From contig OZ037767.1 of the NCBI GenBank assembly GCA_964035545.1, forward strand, positions 10,488,581-10,552,580: 64,000 nucleotides of DNA. The letters are read 5' to 3'. Below, in pieces: positions 63,501-64,000 of this stretch (positions within the stretch are counted from its first letter, which is position 1; each line of letters begins with the position of its first letter). This DNA comes from Bugula neritina (Eukaryota > Animalia > Bryozoa). Made by a program: the position numbers and the translations under genes. A model generated the notes under the pieces. That model ran no database searches. It was not told the origin of the DNA and saw nothing but the letters and a program-made list of their open reading frames with translations.

Positions 63501-63823
63501 ATAAACTAGAGTTACAATAATTCCTCTTGTCAAGTATGCTGTTAGCTTTGTATGATCCATAGTTCTAGAAAATTACAGCTTACTTGGCAATTAGCCAATT
63601 ATTGAGTAACTATGTAGCAACTTACAAATTGGAAAACTCCAACAGGAAGAAGTATTCTGGAATGCCGTCTTCTGAAGGAGGTGGATAATAACAGTCACTT
63701 TTCTTGTCACAATGCCAGTTTATGGCATTATTGCTAAAATCATAGACTGGGTAGCCATCATAAGTTTCACGAGGAAAATATTCTTTAGGGGCGATCATTA
63801 GAGAATCTGGTTGCTTTCCATCA
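48568..63823 (-). CDS. Large multidomain protein, 5'-partial, at least about 1400 aa: TM helix, helical repeats, dynein-MTBD-like segment, CRAL-TRIO/Sec14, GOLD. Exons approx. 63626-63823, 63307-63376, 63081-63219, 62862-63004, 59862-59984, 59422-59553, 59101-59212, 58440-58684, 57959-58144, 57441-57573, 56688-57177, 56228-56352, 55620-55807, 55121-55256, 54275-54489, 54045-54167, 53013-53216, 52405-52485, 52044-52221, 51028-51140, 50731-50898, 50421-50574, 49671-49885, 49058-49170, 48702-48853, 48568-48641
   Basis: A chain of GT-AG exons with compatible phases runs to TAG at 48568, with AATAAA at about 48415-48420. Sec14 motifs: YISRWIK-DYSLEDAKLYLKHSLRLR, TGADRADNP, LVIDCS, NYPCLFKNVYIIH, DWQDILHSVIDKQYLPPSLYGT, VPPHFYLK. 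GOLD-like tail FYCEFMPDGLIDFELY...KPGTFLLFWND. A few junctions (63626/63376, 55620/55256, 52405/52221) have alternative solutions. Confidence 0.72.
49440..49516 (-). mobile_element. Degenerate tRNA-derived SINE head
   Basis: The minus strand reads GAGCAACAGTGGTCTAGTGGTTATAGCACTGGCTTAGTAAAC (A box and anticodon-arm-like sequence). The B box is decayed. Confidence 0.4.
49939..50088. repeat. Imperfect ~32-bp tandem repeat TGTGTC(C/T)ATAGCAACAA...
   Basis: About 5 copies visible near the acceptor at 49885. Confidence 0.8.
51503..51934. mobile_element. PIF/Harbinger MITE, 432 bp
   Basis: Termini GCGTAGGGCCA ... TGGCCCTACGC with subterminal inverted match CATGACGTG.GAGAAAACCC. TAA TSD on both sides (51500-51502 and 51935-51937). 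Confidence 0.85.
52578..52650 (+). pseudogene. tRNA-Thr(TGT)-like pseudogene or tRNA-derived SINE head
   Basis: A box TGGTATAATGG, anticodon-loop-like CTTGTAA and B box GGTTTGAATCC. The stems pair poorly. Confidence 0.55.
52865..53012. repeat. Low-complexity ATGACTC/ATGACCC repeat adjoining the donor at 53012
   Basis: Repeated GAGTCAT-like words on the sense (minus) strand directly after GTGAGTCA. Confidence 0.65.
53305..53718. mobile_element. Mutator/foldback-like non-autonomous element
   Basis: About 150-170-bp degenerate TIRs built from GGAAAATG(G)ACAATT tandem units. Flanking direct repeat (A/G)AATGAAGC at 53296-53304 and 53719-53727, consistent with an 8-9-bp TSD. Confidence 0.75.
60394..62591. 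mobile_element. Tc1/mariner(pogo)-like non-autonomous DNA element hosting a nested LINE
   Basis: TA|GGGGTAACGGG ... CCCGTTACCCC|TA, i.e. TIRs with a TA TSD. The motif TTGTGCCCC recurs at about 60450, 62220 and 62575. Confidence 0.65.
60935..61964 (+). mobile_element. 5'-truncated CR1/L2-clade non-LTR retrotransposon (RT C-terminal half; open frame to 61659)
   Basis: LYADDSLLY...FQNDLDHLITWADSSQMKFNINKC...YLGVTID...YKTVCCPILEFATHTWSP. It has a 3' microsatellite tail (GAGATGA)n at about 61935-61968 and a flanking direct repeat ATGACTAT at 60927-60934 and 61965-61972. Confidence 0.9.
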
Positions 63824-63841
63824 CTAAAAACACAGACAGAC

Positions 63842-63950
63842 AAAAAAAAGAAAGAAGGAGAAAGAAATAAAAAGAGGTAAAAAAAGAGGTAAAAAGAGAG
63901 GTAAAAAAAGAGGTAAAAAAAGAGGTAAAAAGAGAGGTAAAAAGAGAGGT

Positions 63951-64000
<50 letters not shown>
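63842..64000. repeat. Purine tract: ~12-13-bp AAAAA(A/G)AGAGGT repeat followed by (AG)n
   Basis: Directly visible. It forms a long polypyrimidine tract on the minus strand upstream of the acceptor at 63824. Confidence 0.95.

Overview
AT-rich, intron-rich invertebrate animal genomic DNA (probably lophotrochozoan; this is inference). Most entries in the ORF track are spurious or only parts of exons, so genes were rebuilt by hand from splice sites and reading phase. Five protein-coding genes are supported. (1) A reticulon (minus strand, 3916-18391, about 509 aa) with a likely alternative first exon. (2) A small S/T-P-rich orphan gene (plus strand, 21516-23371). (3) A complete Tbx20/H15/midline T-box gene (minus, 25073-33292, about 408 aa) with a GC-AG intron. 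(4) Directly upstream of it, a T-box-LESS gene carrying the same Tbx20-type eh1 motif and a parallel 5' exon layout (minus, 37900-39852, about 225 aa). (5) The 3' part (about 26 exons, at least about 1400 aa) of a large minus-strand gene that appears to join a transmembrane helix, a ~40-aa helical repeat array, a dynein microtubule-binding-domain-like segment and a Sec14/CRAL-TRIO plus GOLD lipid-transfer module (48568 to beyond 63823). Introns and spacers hold a decayed Ty1/copia element, several PIF/Harbinger, hAT, Mutator-like and Tc1/pogo-like MITEs, a 5'-truncated CR1/L2-type LINE, a Penelope-like fragment with a degenerate hammerhead ribozyme, tRNA-derived pseudogenes/SINE heads, and many minisatellites next to splice sites. 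No CRISPR or rRNA. All family assignments come from motif recognition; no database search was run.
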